In this document: piece by piece, positions 8,658 to 20,009 of the stretch
Layout: each line of letters opens with the position of its first letter
Numbering within the stretch: position 1 is the first letter of the stretch
Assembly (NCBI GenBank): GCA_004764695.1
Contig: SMSO01000032.1
Span: 6,480,483 to 6,544,482, forward strand
Source: Schizochytrium sp. TIO01
Taxonomy: Eukaryota > Protista > Bigyra: Labyrinthulomycetes
Length of the DNA stretch: 64,000 nucleotides
Direction: 5' to 3'
Notes under the pieces: generated by a model
What the model saw: only the letters and a program-made list of their open reading frames with translations
The model's database searches: none
What the model was told of the DNA's origin: nothing
Position numbers and translations under genes: made by a program

Positions 8658-10706
8658 CTACGCCTCGGAAACGTGGCAAACGCGGATTCAGGCTCTGGAA
8701 ACCTCCTTGGTTTCGTCCAACTCCAAGTTTTCGAGGAGCATCTTCGCAGTGACAAAGACAGCAATTTGTCACACCAAGATACTCTTTGCTCTTTGTGTGA
8801 CAAAGAAAGAGTTTATTATGGTCGATTGAGCAGTTCCCATTTGAGGTCCTGAGAACAGGCTTTAGACCATACTACAGCAAAAGGGAGTTGAAGGACTCCG
8901 TGGGGATCAGGCTGCTATGAGAGGAACGGGCTAATTTCTATAGTTTCTCAAAATAGGAATACTGTTGAAAAGGAGGTTGGCATTGACAAACTGGTCTGGT
9001 TCTGGAGTGGTGGCTAAAGTGGACGATTTGAAGACTTGACACCAAGAAGCTAAAGAGGGCATGCTACTCACCAGAGAAGCAAAATATGTACGCTTCCTTG
9101 GTATAGAGCAATACCATCTTATTGTGCGCCATATGGGTGATCATTGGCTCAGAAAATAGAAATGACCCTGATTCCAAACCAATTTTACAGGACAGATAGC
9201 ACCATCATTTTGGAGTGCTGGGTGACAAATGAGGAACGAGACCAATTTCTTCCCAAGTAATCTTTGCACTATACATGCTATACTTAGTAGTTTCGGAAGG
9301 CCAACGATATCCCCGTTGATTTCCGTGTCAATCCTCAGTTGGCATGAAACTCATAGAACCTTGTAGGTTGGGATGTAAGTAAGGTAGGTAGGTAGGTACT
9401 GTTCCAGTCATGAAGATATCACCGACATACCATACTCGATTTTGAGTAGCTCGATATTACACACATTTTGTCCTGGTGAAGCCAATTTTCGTTTGACTTT
9501 TGTCGCAAGAAGTAATATTCTTGCACCAGGAGTTTATCAACAACAACCGAAAACTAAACTTATTAAGCCATATGATCTGCTTCACCCTATGGTGAGTAAC
9601 CTCTTGGTTTTCCACGAGCTAATCTTTGCTCGTATTCATCCGTACGTACCGCCATTTTTGCACACATTTCAGCCCCATCACATTACCCTTCGGTAACGCG
9701 ATCTCTACCCACCCTTAGTGTGTGGCCTCCTCCTGATTCCATTTCTCTTTCCGTGCACCTTCGTTTCACCTCCCATTGAAAGCCCCGTACTAAGGACACA
9801 CGACTCCGCAGTACTAGGCGTACAATCTCTACCTCCAATAGTCCCATCCTCGCGAGAAGCAAATCCCAAACTCCAAGTCATTACACTGCACCACATCACA
9901 TTGCATTACATTGCATTACATTGCATTATACCCAGTTGTTCCGTGCCAATCAATCTACACGGCCCAAACTAGCCTGGAGAGTCTAAACTTTCACAATCAG
10001 GTCATTCTCTGCAGAGTCCACGACCCCAACCAAAGCCACCCCAAAAGATAGATCTTCATCTACATCTTGATAAACCGTCTCTCCAAACTACTAACTCTAA
10101 AGCTCTCGAGAACGGCTGAAAGACACACCTGCCCCCAAATAGCACTACATAGGCAAGTACTAGCTACGGCAAACCTCCTGCTTCTCCGCATTACACCTGT
10201 GGCAATCGAAACGGCCCATTTCATCTGGGGCATTCGTTCCATCGCCGCGGTTATGCATGCTATCCACTTACTAGGCTTATCACTAGCAGTCGTTGAAAAG
10301 GCGGGAGAAGAAAGACGGACGTAGGCGTAGCTATTAAATACTATAGGCGTGGTTAGGAAGGGGCGATTCATTTATTTGAATTTTTTTTTGCTGTTTTGTT
10401 TTTGATTGACAAAGAAGGAGTCGAAGAGAAGAAGGGAAAGAATACAGTTCTCGATAACCTTTTCGCGATCAAAGCCGCCGCGGAGGGCCCGGTAGGGACG
10501 CAAGGCGCAAACGTTGGTCTAGTGGGGCTCGGCCAGCTGGTGTGGAATTCCTGGGTCGATTTGAGGCCTTCGAGTGCCTCGGGAGGAGAGATAACAAGGT
10601 TGGTTCGGGGCAGTTTGATTCGTTTCATGTGGTGGAGTTCTCTCGGAACCACTACCACGTGGCAATCAATCTAGTGTTGGGCGTTATTCAGTCTCGCCAA
10701 GGGTGC

Positions 10707-12029
10707 ATGCAAATGATGAGTACGCGCGATATACCGGCTGCAAAAGATCTTAAAGCAGCCACTCTCAATGCTGTTGGCACACGATACGTTTGCGAGGAGA
10801 AAGTGTCGGGTATCGTCAGCTCTCCAAATTCGTCCCCGTTATTCGCTAGGAGGAGAAGAGCATCAACCCCTTCACCACTGTCATCATCGCCGCTCCCGTC
10901 ACCCTCCACTCCAAGAATCAGGTCTTCACGACTTATCGAGTCTGCTTCCCCGTTGAAAACTCCGCTATCCCCTGCGTCATATTGTAGTGAGAAGGAAGAG
11001 AAGAACAAGAACACCTTGTCATGCTCAGATTGCAAGACGAGACGCCCCTTGGAGCGGGTGTATTCAGAAAGATTCTACAATCCAGCTTGGCCTGAGGAGT
11101 GGCCACGATGGGTTCAAGATCACCATGAACAACTCCAAATTGCATGTTTTGTGCTGTTTGCGTTGCTTTTTGTCTACGACGCTGAGTCCAATGCCCTTGG
11201 CTCCTCTAACGGACGGTTTACATCCCTCATAGATTCAGTAAACAGTGTCACATGTTTCCGACGGGGCTTGCCGCGCCGTCGTCGACCGGGTGTTCTCCGC
11301 TTCATGTGGGTCCTCTTTGTTTCTTTTTTTATAAAATTTGCAGCGGGCACACTTATTTCGTACCTTCTTGGAACAACACCTGTTATTCTCAAGGGCCCGC
11401 GCCACTTGATGTCCTTCTTCATGGGTTTTCTTCTTGTGTGGCACTCTCCTGGAGACATTGTATATCGTATTGTCACGCAGTCTGATGCTGTTAAGTTGAT
11501 GATGGCCATGAACTCCGGCCTCTACAAGTTGCGCAAAGCACTTTTCGCAGTAGAATGTAGCAAAGAGAACGGAGGTAGTTTCGCTTTTGCATTGACGATG
11601 GTACTTTTAGCCTTAGATGGAAATGCTGTGATTCGAAAGGGGTTTCTTTGGATTGAAAAAATGCTCGGCCACCGTGAAGCTGGATACCCACTTTATGTAG
11701 ACTTTGTTGCCGAAGAATTCGCCAATTCTGTCGTCAAGGGTGTCTATCAGACTGTTTTGGAATATATTTTGCCTGACTTTTTCGTGACATTCCTTATCTT
11801 TTCTTTTACTGGCGTCCTTGGAGAGGAGTTTGTAGAACTTCGTATAGGTCTGCTCGTTTACTTTGTTTGGCGTCAAAAATCGTTTCATATTCTAACTCAT
11901 ATTCATCGCGCGTCGCTACTTGATGAAGCAAAATGCCCTAGCCCCAAACATCACCCTGTTGAGGAGTTACTTGAAAATTATGTTGCTCATGCTAAGCAGC
12001 ACCAGATAGAGGAGAAAAAGCGAAAGTGA
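10707..12029 (+). CDS. Multi-pass membrane protein, probable TRIC/TMEM38 cation channel family
   Basis: First in-frame ATG is at 10707; the ORF track start at 10542 is a GTG. A Ser/Pro-rich N-terminus precedes about 7 hydrophobic segments. FAAGTLISYLLGTTP..L......SFFMGFLLVWHSPGDIVY resembles the TMEM38 pattern FGGGIL..LLL..PP......W.....CP.D. TM4 is basic (YKLRK). Confidence 0.65.
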   Translation: MQMMSTRDIPAAKDLKAATLNAVGTRYVCEEKVSGIVSSPNSSPLFARRRRASTPSPLSSSPLPSPSTPRIRSSRLIESASPLKTPLSPASYCSEKEEKNKNTLSCSDCKTRRPLERVYSERFYNPAWPEEWPRWVQDHHEQLQIACFVLFALLFVYDAESNALGSSNGRFTSLIDSVNSVTCFRRGLPRRRRPGVLRFMWVLFVSFFIKFAAGTLISYLLGTTPVILKGPRHLMSFFMGFLLVWHSPGDIVYRIVTQSDAVKLMMAMNSGLYKLRKALFAVECSKENGGSFAFALTMVLLALDGNAVIRKGFLWIEKMLGHREAGYPLYVDFVAEEFANSVVKGVYQTVLEYILPDFFVTFLIFSFTGVLGEEFVELRIGLLVYFVWRQKSFHILTHIHRASLLDEAKCPSPKHHPVEELLENYVAHAKQHQIEEKKRK

Positions 12030-15000
12030 CTTTTGACAAACCATGGAAAAGTCACATGAAAATACTAGTGCCGGATTTTTTTACAAGCTGCTCGAGATCC
12101 ATAAAGCAACTGCGGGCATATGTTAGCAAAATGTTGAACCCAATATATCCCATACGCTAGTTTTAAAGGCGTGACAGCATCTGTGAATTCACTATGGCAT
12201 AAAAGAAGGTCTCTTTCAAGATTGTTATGTGGTCGAATCTTGGTTACCTCGCAACTAAATGAAAAAACATAAGCACCTGTCTGTTGTTAGCTCATCGCCT
12301 GGCTCTACTTATGGAAATGAAAAAATTCAATGCACGCAATTATTTGGGTGAAGTGACAGTTACTCCAGATACAGAAGCACGTAGATAATGATCTCAACAG
12401 TAAGTAGCACTACCACCAGCAGCAGCAATTCTCATGAAACTTCAGTGTATAAGTGACTGCAGGGACAACATGCTAAACTCGTGTACTGTCTATATATATG
12501 TGAATTCGAATTCTGAGCTTAAGATGATTTTATAGAGGTCAACGGGGTGATCCTATCGCGGGGACGTGGAATGTATTGCTTTTATTGAACTTAATTGCTG
12601 CCAACTTTAAATAAAGAATGCATCTTGGCTTCGTACGGATTTCCTTAACGCTTGCTCAAAGCTCAAAGCTGTGGTGGGAACGCTTGGCGAAGTGTACCTT
12701 TCACGAGACAATCTAGACGCATGCTGGTTTATTGAACGTTATTTTTCTAGTTTCATTAACGTAATGTTTTGGTTGAAAACGTGACAGCGAGTCAGCTGCA
12801 TGGCAGTGAAGCACACTTGACATGATAATACCTCAAATGCATTAAAAACGAGCTTGGTTTTCAATGTAATGCTATGGCAACTAGAATAATAATAACATTA
12901 CCTATATGAAACCATCTAGAAACATGATAAAAATAATGTAGTATCCTAGTAAATCGCTTTGCAATGACTTTGAGTATGTGAACAATAAGTCTTAAGGGTC
13001 AACACTGAGCTGTTTATATGGTGAGTTGATGACAAACTTTTTGAATGTTGGGACTAATCTTTTAAGCGATTCTCAAATTTCCGCTATAGTCGTATGGTCT
13101 ATATTCAAACCAAGCAGCAAATGGAATGAAGAGATTTATGGCTACCATAGATCAAATCTCGATAAATTCCCACAAGCGCTAGCCTACAATTACTGCACAG
13201 CAAACTGAAATGGTGTATATTCAGAGAAGAAAAATAATGGGGGAAATACAGATGGCCAAAGGATCTTGGGGAGAAGTATACTAAGTTATAAAGCATAGCA
13301 AGTATGAACCTCTTCAATACTAATTTCTCAGTTTTGGTAAATAAGGCTTGTATTAATCACCAGTGTAGGAGTCCAAACTCCTCAGAGACAAAAACAATAG
13401 CGAGATTCTCTATGCCAGGAGCACAGGGAATGTGTTATAAAAAGTTATCATAGTTTCGAAAGAGTAAACCAAAGTTGATTTATTCAAGAAAAAGCTTTTG
13501 ATGAAAAGCTTAACAAAATGTAAAAACACTGAAATGATTTCAAAAGTAATTGTGATATAGAGGAAATCAACTCGTCACTGGTACAGAAGTCCGAAGGACT
13601 TTAATATTCACCAGCTCATTAGTTTTAACAGTATAAGCTTGTAGATAATCACAATGGATACACAGTTTATACTACTATGAGACGTATTACCTAAAGGAAA
13701 CAAATAGATCTCAGAAGTGGAACATGTTCAAAATGAGCTTTGAAGGCGGGTTTTCTTACAACAAAACGAATGATGACCCTATATAAGGGAACAAGATTAT
13801 TTTAAAGCGACATGTAGTTTTTGAAACCTGGATAATTATAAAACAATCTATAGGAGGTAGGTGTGAATTTGATGGAAAAGGGTGGTAATCTGTATTTTGC
13901 GTATTTTGAGAACGCCGATATGAACTGTGCCTTTTGGCACCATACTTTTATCAGAAACAGTAGCTTTATTCATAGCAAATGCATGACTTTCATTGATGGA
14001 TTACAATGTTTTTACTCTTCATAGGCGTGCCCTCAGGTCCACTAGCTATACAAAGTTCTCAATATTGAGTGACAAATATCTGCAAAAAGAAACAGTAAAA
14101 AGAAACAATTTACTATCATAGTTTTTAAAAAATTGAGTTATATTCCTTTCTGTTGTGTGACTTATATGGTCATGAATTGCAATTCTGTTTTCTGCCTTGG
14201 TTTTAGAAAAGCGCAGAAATATCGTACAATTAAAACCATTTTACGAAATGTATTTATGCTACATATCCCCCAAAGGCCAAATGTACGAACACCATCGTTC
14301 TTTCCCCAGAAGGAAGTTCATCCCTATACCATGTAAGGAGCTTGTTTTCCTTATAACTCATCGAATGCGTAGTGCGTACGAATGATTTGTATTATATAAT
14401 ATATTCTGCAAGCCTCTAGATTACAATTTTTGTGCAGAAGTGAGAAAATCTCCCGTCTTTGATCCGTAGCCTTAAAATATATCAACTTAGCCCTCGCAAA
14501 CCTTTCACGTCAAGTCCAATTGATCCTTGGGCATTGACAAACCTCAGGTTGGCCCAGGTCTCCGCATTAGCTACACGTACCTACTACTAGATAGTAGTAC
14601 TACGCCTCTATTTTATTCCCCAGCATCGTCGTCACATTTGACAAAAGTCTTGACCACGCTGGCGCGATCCATTTAGTCCTCAAATCTGGTACTAGGACCT
14701 CTGCCAGACTAGCGCAGATGAAAATGAGTGCAGCACAACCATATCCGCTTTGGCTACTGCTCGCTGGTGGCACTCTTGAGGAGTGCTGCACGGCGACCAG
14801 TCCGTGTCACAAACCCGCTGCACCCGCGGCGGCCAAGGCCTACACGGCCCTAGCACCTCCCAAGCGGTGGGTGTCCCTTTGTTCATACGTTGATCCGCAT
14901 TTTCCCATTTCTCGTTGTGCTTGTTTTCTCACAGGATTTAGTTGTTCAAGTCCTTTGGAGCATATCAAATTCATTACGCTCTCGCTGTACCAAACCTTCT

Positions 15001-15095
15001 GCTGATAAACGTGCTACGTTTTCTGAGCCTGCGCTAACTTGTGTATTACTCCTTCGCTTTGATAAAGTTTGTGAAAATCTGCAAGTTTCGAGACC

Positions 15096-18000
15096 ATGGT
15101 GAGCATTTCAGAGGTGGCTGTGACCCGCTCGTGCAAGAACATTGAGCATGCCACCGTGTACAAGTCTGCGCCTTGGAAGCGCACTTCAATCATTGCCTTT
15201 GCTGTGGTGCTCTATGCCATCGTTTTGCCGTACGCATGGAATACAATGGGCGAACCACGCCGACGTGCTGTGATGGAGGTAGAGGCGCTTGAGCAAAAGA
15301 AAATGCACGAAGAAGAGCTCGAGCTCGAGGCCAGCGACGGTGAGGTGACGCTCTCATTTGGGGATGATGAGGATGAGGGTGGTGTCATCTCGTTTGGTGA
15401 AGATGAAGGCGAGGACGAGGATGAGGTCGTCGCTGTGAACTCTGCTATTATTGCTGACGAGAATGCCAAGGAGAAGAACTCTTCGTCTGAAGTCGATGAC
15501 GATGAGGAGGAAGAGGAAGAGCGGCCCTTGCCATCTCCCTACTTGCCAGATGCTGGTGCAGTGGCAGCGTTGTTTAGTCTGTTGACCGTGACAGTTCTTT
15601 TCCACCTGATGTGCCATTGGTTGGTGAAGTTCCACGCCCTCATGTACTTTGTTCCCTCAGATAAGATTTCGGAGGGAAGCGTAATCTTTGTACTGCCTTA
15701 CGCATATCGTGGAAAGCCTGAATTAGTTTATGTAAAGCGCGATAAGGTTTCGCAAAACCTTACCATCGAGTTTCAACGTCAGCGCTTTGAGCTTATGAAG
15801 GAAGGCGTGGAACTTGGCCAGGTGAAGTTGATGGGCTTGTCTGAAACTTCGGAGCGTGTCGACAGCGATGACGAGGAGATTCTGTTGCAAAAGCTTAGCG
15901 CCGAAGAGCGAGAGGCGTGTGAGCGCCAGACCAAGGATGCAATTGCTCGCCACGGCGTCTTCTGCCCAGTTATGGCACCTGTTGATGGCCCTCTATCCAT
16001 GTATGTTGAGTCGCGGGGACTACACAATGATTCAAAGGTAACTCATCAGCGTGAGCGCTATGGTATGAACCGCCTTGAGATGGAGCCCAAGACGTTGCCT
16101 GATTTGGTCAAGGAGCAGCTTATTTCGCCCTTGGCAATTTTCCAGTTTTTCTCGGCTGGTCTGTGGCTCATGGACGAGTACTGGCAATACACGGTATTCA
16201 ACATTATGACAATCATTATGATGGAAGGTATGACCGCATTTCAGCGCTTTCGTACGCTCAAAACCCTCAAAGGCTTGGCACCGAAACCCTATGAGCTTCC
16301 TGTCTATCGTGGCGGCCGCTGGATTGAGGTGAAGACTACAGAGTTGCTCCCAGGAGACTTGATTTCTCTTAGTTCCTCCTCGCACTCTGTCGCCGTCGAT
16401 GCAGTCGCCAAGAAAGGGCCTACAAACAAAGATGCTGAGGATGCAGCCAAGAAGTCAGCGGAGGAAGCAGCAAAAGCTCGTCGCCGTGGTACGGATGCTG
16501 TTCCTTGTGATTGTGTGATTCTCCACGGTAGCGCTGTTGTGAACGAAGCTACATTGACAGGTGAATCTGTACCGCAGATGAAGGATGCTCTTAAATCTAC
16601 AAGTAACGCAAATCTGTCAGCCAAGCTTGACCTGCAGGGCCGTGACCGTGTGCACGTGCTCTTCTCTGGAACTACCATTATCTCCTCGACACCGGGCGAC
16701 AACGATGATAAGAGTTTCCCCACTGCACCTGATGGCGGGTGCCTTTGCTACGTTCTGCGCACTGGTTTCGGTTCTTCTCAAGGAGAGCTGATGCAGATGA
16801 TTGAGTTTTCTACGGAGTCCGTGTCCGCTGATTCCAAGGAAACTGGCATTGCCTTGCTTATTCTTCTCTGCTTTGCTTTGGTCAGTGCTGGCTATGTTTT
16901 CAAGAGGGGCATGGAGAAAGGTGACCGCACGACTCACGAGCTTTTGCTTAAGTGTGTGATCATTCTTACCAGCGTTGTTCCACGTCAGCTTCCTGTACAG
17001 ATGGCTATGGCTGTAAACCATGCTCTTATTACCTTGATGCGCGAGGGAGTATTTTGCACAGAGCCATACCGTGTTCCTTACTCTGGAAAGATCACCCACT
17101 GCCTCTTTGACAAGACCGGAACTCTCACCACTGATGAGCTAGTGCCAGTGGGTGTTGTGAATGGCAATGACACGCGGGTTGGTAACTACAAGCCCAGTGA
17201 CGACGTGAAGACGATTCTCGTTCCTGTTCGTGAAGCGAGTAAAGATGCTACTATGGTTCTTGCTGCCTGCCATTCCCTGGTTGCCATGCCTGAGACTGCA
17301 GCTGACAAGAATGCCAAGAAGGCTGGTATTCCTGAACTTTTGGGCGATCCGATCGAGTTGGCTGGAATGAAAGGCGTGGAATGGGGCTTTGACCCCAAGA
17401 CTCAGCGGGCTACCCCGGGTGGCTACCAAGTGATGGAGCTTGGTCTGGCGAAGCTGCAAGAAACTCTTCGCAACCAAGAAACTTCTCTTACTACTCCAGC
17501 ACAAGGTCAGACCGCACCCCCAGCTGGTGCCGCCAAGGATGCAATTGCCGATGAGATCAAATCTACTCGCCAGAAGATTGAAAAGCTTAAGGAGAACATT
17601 CAAGCTGCTAAGACTCGGGCAGCCCAGAGCTCTCTACAGTGCATTAAGATTCTTGAGCGCTTTCACTTTTCTTCGAAGTTGCAGCGCATGAGCGTCATTT
17701 GTAAACTCCAGTCGAAGGGTTCAAGTGAGTTGAGCCGCGCCCCATACTGCTTGGTGAAGGGATCTCCTGAAGCTATCTCTAAGCTTCTTCGCGAGGGTGG
17801 CAAGCCGGAGTGGTACCGTGCAACCTACCGCCGCCTTGCGGAGGCCGGCATGCGTGTCTTGGCTCTTGCGTACAAGAAGTGTGACGAAGATGTTGATGTG
17901 TCTAGCTTATCGCGTGACGAGGCTGAGAAGGACCTCGAGTTTGCAGGATTTATTGCGTTCGAGTGCAAGACCCGCGGAGACTCAGCAATTGTTATTCGCT

Positions 18001-20009
18001 CTCTCCGTGAAGCTGACCACCGCGTGGCAATGCTGACCGGCGATGCACCTCTTACGGCTCTTCATGTTGCACGTATCACTAACATTTGTGGTGACCCGCA
18101 GCGTCGTGACAACCCACCTCTCCTTCTCACTGAGCACCCCGACCATAGTATTGAGTGGGTCGGCGCCGTTGGTGACGAGGATGAGGCAGTGCACATTGCA
18201 TTCGACGCGGCCAAGGTACCGGAGTTGAGTGAGAAACACGATCTTTTGACCACAGAAGATGCCATGCTGGCTGCTGTGCATCAGAGCCAGGGCTTGCTCT
18301 GGAAGTATGTGGATCGCATTCAAGTTTTCGCGCGTATGTCTCCTCAAGGTAAGGCCAAGGTGATTCGCATGATTCAGCAATTCCAGGAAACGGACAAGAA
18401 CCTGGAGACTACAAGTTTCGTACCGTCTAACCAGACCAAGTTCGTTTTGATGTGTGGTGATGGCGGTAACGATGTGGGTGCTCTTAAGCAAGCTGACGCA
18501 GGTCTTGCGCTGCTTTCGGGCTATGGAAATGCCAATACAGCTGACGGTGATATTGAAGAAGGCGATGGCACTACGAGTTCTGAGGAGCAGCTGAATGAGC
18601 GTGCTAACGAGTTGAAGGTTCGCTCTAAACAACTGGCAAAGGAGCGCAAGGTTGAGCTTGACCGTAAGAAGAAGGAGATCCAGTCGAAACAGCGCGAATG
18701 GATGGAAGAGGAAGTCCGTAAGGCTGAAGCTCGTGGTGAGACCGGCCTGTCTGTTCAGTGGAATGCTGTCAAGAACACTACTGCCCGTCTTCGCGACGAG
18801 TTGAGGAAAGAAACCGAGATCATCAACCGCAAGTACAATGTTCACATGCAAAACTCTAATAGCGAAGATAAGGATCCTACAGAGCTTGCTTTGGAAGCTC
18901 TTGATGACCCGAATGCTCTGCCCGTCGTGCGTCCTGGTGATGCTTCCGTTGCTGCACCCTTCACATCCCGTGTCCCGTCCATCAGTAGTGCGATCCAACT
19001 AATCCGCCAGGGTCGCTGTACACTTCTTAGCGCATTGCAGCAACAGCAGATCATGTGCTTGGAAAGCGTGATCAATGCCTACTGCTTAGCTGCTCTATCT
19101 TTGGAGGGCGCCCGCTCCTCAGAGCGGCAAATGATGGCCTCAAGCTGGCTTCTGATGTCTGCCTCCATTGCCTTTTCTTACTCCACTCCAATCGAGAAGA
19201 TGCACCCTGTTCGCCCGATTCGGTCGCTGTTCCATCCTGCAATTGCAATTAGTATTTTGGGTCAAGCTGCGATCCACTTGTTCTGTATGAACATGGCTGT
19301 CACGCTGGCAAAGGATGCCATGGGCGAAGAAAAACTGCAAGAGGTTATCCGTTTCAACCGTCGTGTTTCCCGTGGTCTTGAGAAACAGCTTGAGGATTCC
19401 GATAACACTCTTGATGCTATGGCTGATTTTATGCTGATGTGGCAGACCCCTTTTATGCCCAACCTGATGAATACTGTCATCTTCCTTGTGGAGACCTCTC
19501 AGATCATGGCTGTGTTGTTTGTTGGCTATAAGGGCCGTCCTTGGATGCTTGGTCTTTTGGAAAACACCGCGCTTTCTTTGTCTCTGTTTCTGAGCATTGG
19601 CTGCCTCATTTTTGCTGCTTGGGAAGTAAGCCCAACGATCAACCGTCTTATCCACCTTCATCCATTCCCTGACGATGAGTTCCGCTACAAAATTGTTGGT
19701 CTTGTGATGACAACTTTGTTTGGAACCTTTGCATGGGATCGTTTGGTGACAGCAATTTTTGCTCCCAAGGTGTTCGGTGCAATGGTGCAGCAAGCCCGTG
19801 AAACTACCCCCGCAGACTTTGCACCCATGGTAAAGACGCTTATCAAGGTTGCTGGTGGCTTCGTTCTTGTAGGAACTGGTAATCCGATTGTGTGGGCAGG
19901 AGCCTACTGGGCGTACAGGAAGTACCAAGGTGCCATGGAGGCTCGCGAGGTTGCTGATGTTGAGGCAAAGGCTGCTGAGCGAAAGAAGCTCAAGGCTGCA
20001 GCTAAGTAA
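15096..20009 (+). CDS. P5A-type P-type ATPase (ATP13A1/Spf1-like), divergent TM4
   Basis: Core motifs: LTGES (A domain), phosphorylation site FDKTGTLT, KGSPE, MLTGD, FARMSPQGK, MCGDGGNDVGALKQA. P5A-type features: GDASVAAPFTS, IRQGRCTL, two extra N-terminal TM helices and a helical arm insertion in the P domain. Confidence 0.93.
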   Translation: MVSISEVAVTRSCKNIEHATVYKSAPWKRTSIIAFAVVLYAIVLPYAWNTMGEPRRRAVMEVEALEQKKMHEEELELEASDGEVTLSFGDDEDEGGVISFGEDEGEDEDEVVAVNSAIIADENAKEKNSSSEVDDDEEEEEERPLPSPYLPDAGAVAALFSLLTVTVLFHLMCHWLVKFHALMYFVPSDKISEGSVIFVLPYAYRGKPELVYVKRDKVSQNLTIEFQRQRFELMKEGVELGQVKLMGLSETSERVDSDDEEILLQKLSAEEREACERQTKDAIARHGVFCPVMAPVDGPLSMYVESRGLHNDSKVTHQRERYGMNRLEMEPKTLPDLVKEQLISPLAIFQFFSAGLWLMDEYWQYTVFNIMTIIMMEGMTAFQRFRTLKTLKGLAPKPYELPVYRGGRWIEVKTTELLPGDLISLSSSSHSVAVDAVAKKGPTNKDAEDAAKKSAEEAAKARRRGTDAVPCDCVILHGSAVVNEATLTGESVPQMKDALKSTSNANLSAKLDLQGRDRVHVLFSGTTIISSTPGDNDDKSFPTAPDGGCLCYVLRTGFGSSQGELMQMIEFSTESVSADSKETGIALLILLCFALVSAGYVFKRGMEKGDRTTHELLLKCVIILTSVVPRQLPVQMAMAVNHALITLMREGVFCTEPYRVPYSGKITHCLFDKTGTLTTDELVPVGVVNGNDTRVGNYKPSDDVKTILVPVREASKDATMVLAACHSLVAMPETAADKNAKKAGIPELLGDPIELAGMKGVEWGFDPKTQRATPGGYQVMELGLAKLQETLRNQETSLTTPAQGQTAPPAGAAKDAIADEIKSTRQKIEKLKENIQAAKTRAAQSSLQCIKILERFHFSSKLQRMSVICKLQSKGSSELSRAPYCLVKGSPEAISKLLREGGKPEWYRATYRRLAEAGMRVLALAYKKCDEDVDVSSLSRDEAEKDLEFAGFIAFECKTRGDSAIVIRSLREADHRVAMLTGDAPLTALHVARITNICGDPQRRDNPPLLLTEHPDHSIEWVGAVGDEDEAVHIAFDAAKVPELSEKHDLLTTEDAMLAAVHQSQGLLWKYVDRIQVFARMSPQGKAKVIRMIQQFQETDKNLETTSFVPSNQTKFVLMCGDGGNDVGALKQADAGLALLSGYGNANTADGDIEEGDGTTSSEEQLNERANELKVRSKQLAKERKVELDRKKKEIQSKQREWMEEEVRKAEARGETGLSVQWNAVKNTTARLRDELRKETEIINRKYNVHMQNSNSEDKDPTELALEALDDPNALPVVRPGDASVAAPFTSRVPSISSAIQLIRQGRCTLLSALQQQQIMCLESVINAYCLAALSLEGARSSERQMMASSWLLMSASIAFSYSTPIEKMHPVRPIRSLFHPAIAISILGQAAIHLFCMNMAVTLAKDAMGEEKLQEVIRFNRRVSRGLEKQLEDSDNTLDAMADFMLMWQTPFMPNLMNTVIFLVETSQIMAVLFVGYKGRPWMLGLLENTALSLSLFLSIGCLIFAAWEVSPTINRLIHLHPFPDDEFRYKIVGLVMTTLFGTFAWDRLVTAIFAPKVFGAMVQQARETTPADFAPMVKTLIKVAGGFVLVGTGNPIVWAGAYWAYRKYQGAMEAREVADVEAKAAERKKLKAAAK

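Noticed and set aside
10542-10706. GTG-initiated N-terminal extension of the TRIC-like ORF (likewise the TTG starts at 56020, 58386 and 58796)
   Set aside because: Eukaryotic context: downstream ATGs or a splice acceptor explain the genes better.
12030-14450. AT-rich spacer considered as a decayed transposon or viral relic
   Set aside because: Trial translations gave no transposase, RT or viral motifs, and I saw no terminal repeats.
17982-19928. Long antisense ORFs (338 and 262 aa) within the P5 ATPase, and similar ones in the kinesin and RING genes
   Set aside because: Shadow ORFs caused by codon bias of the sense gene.
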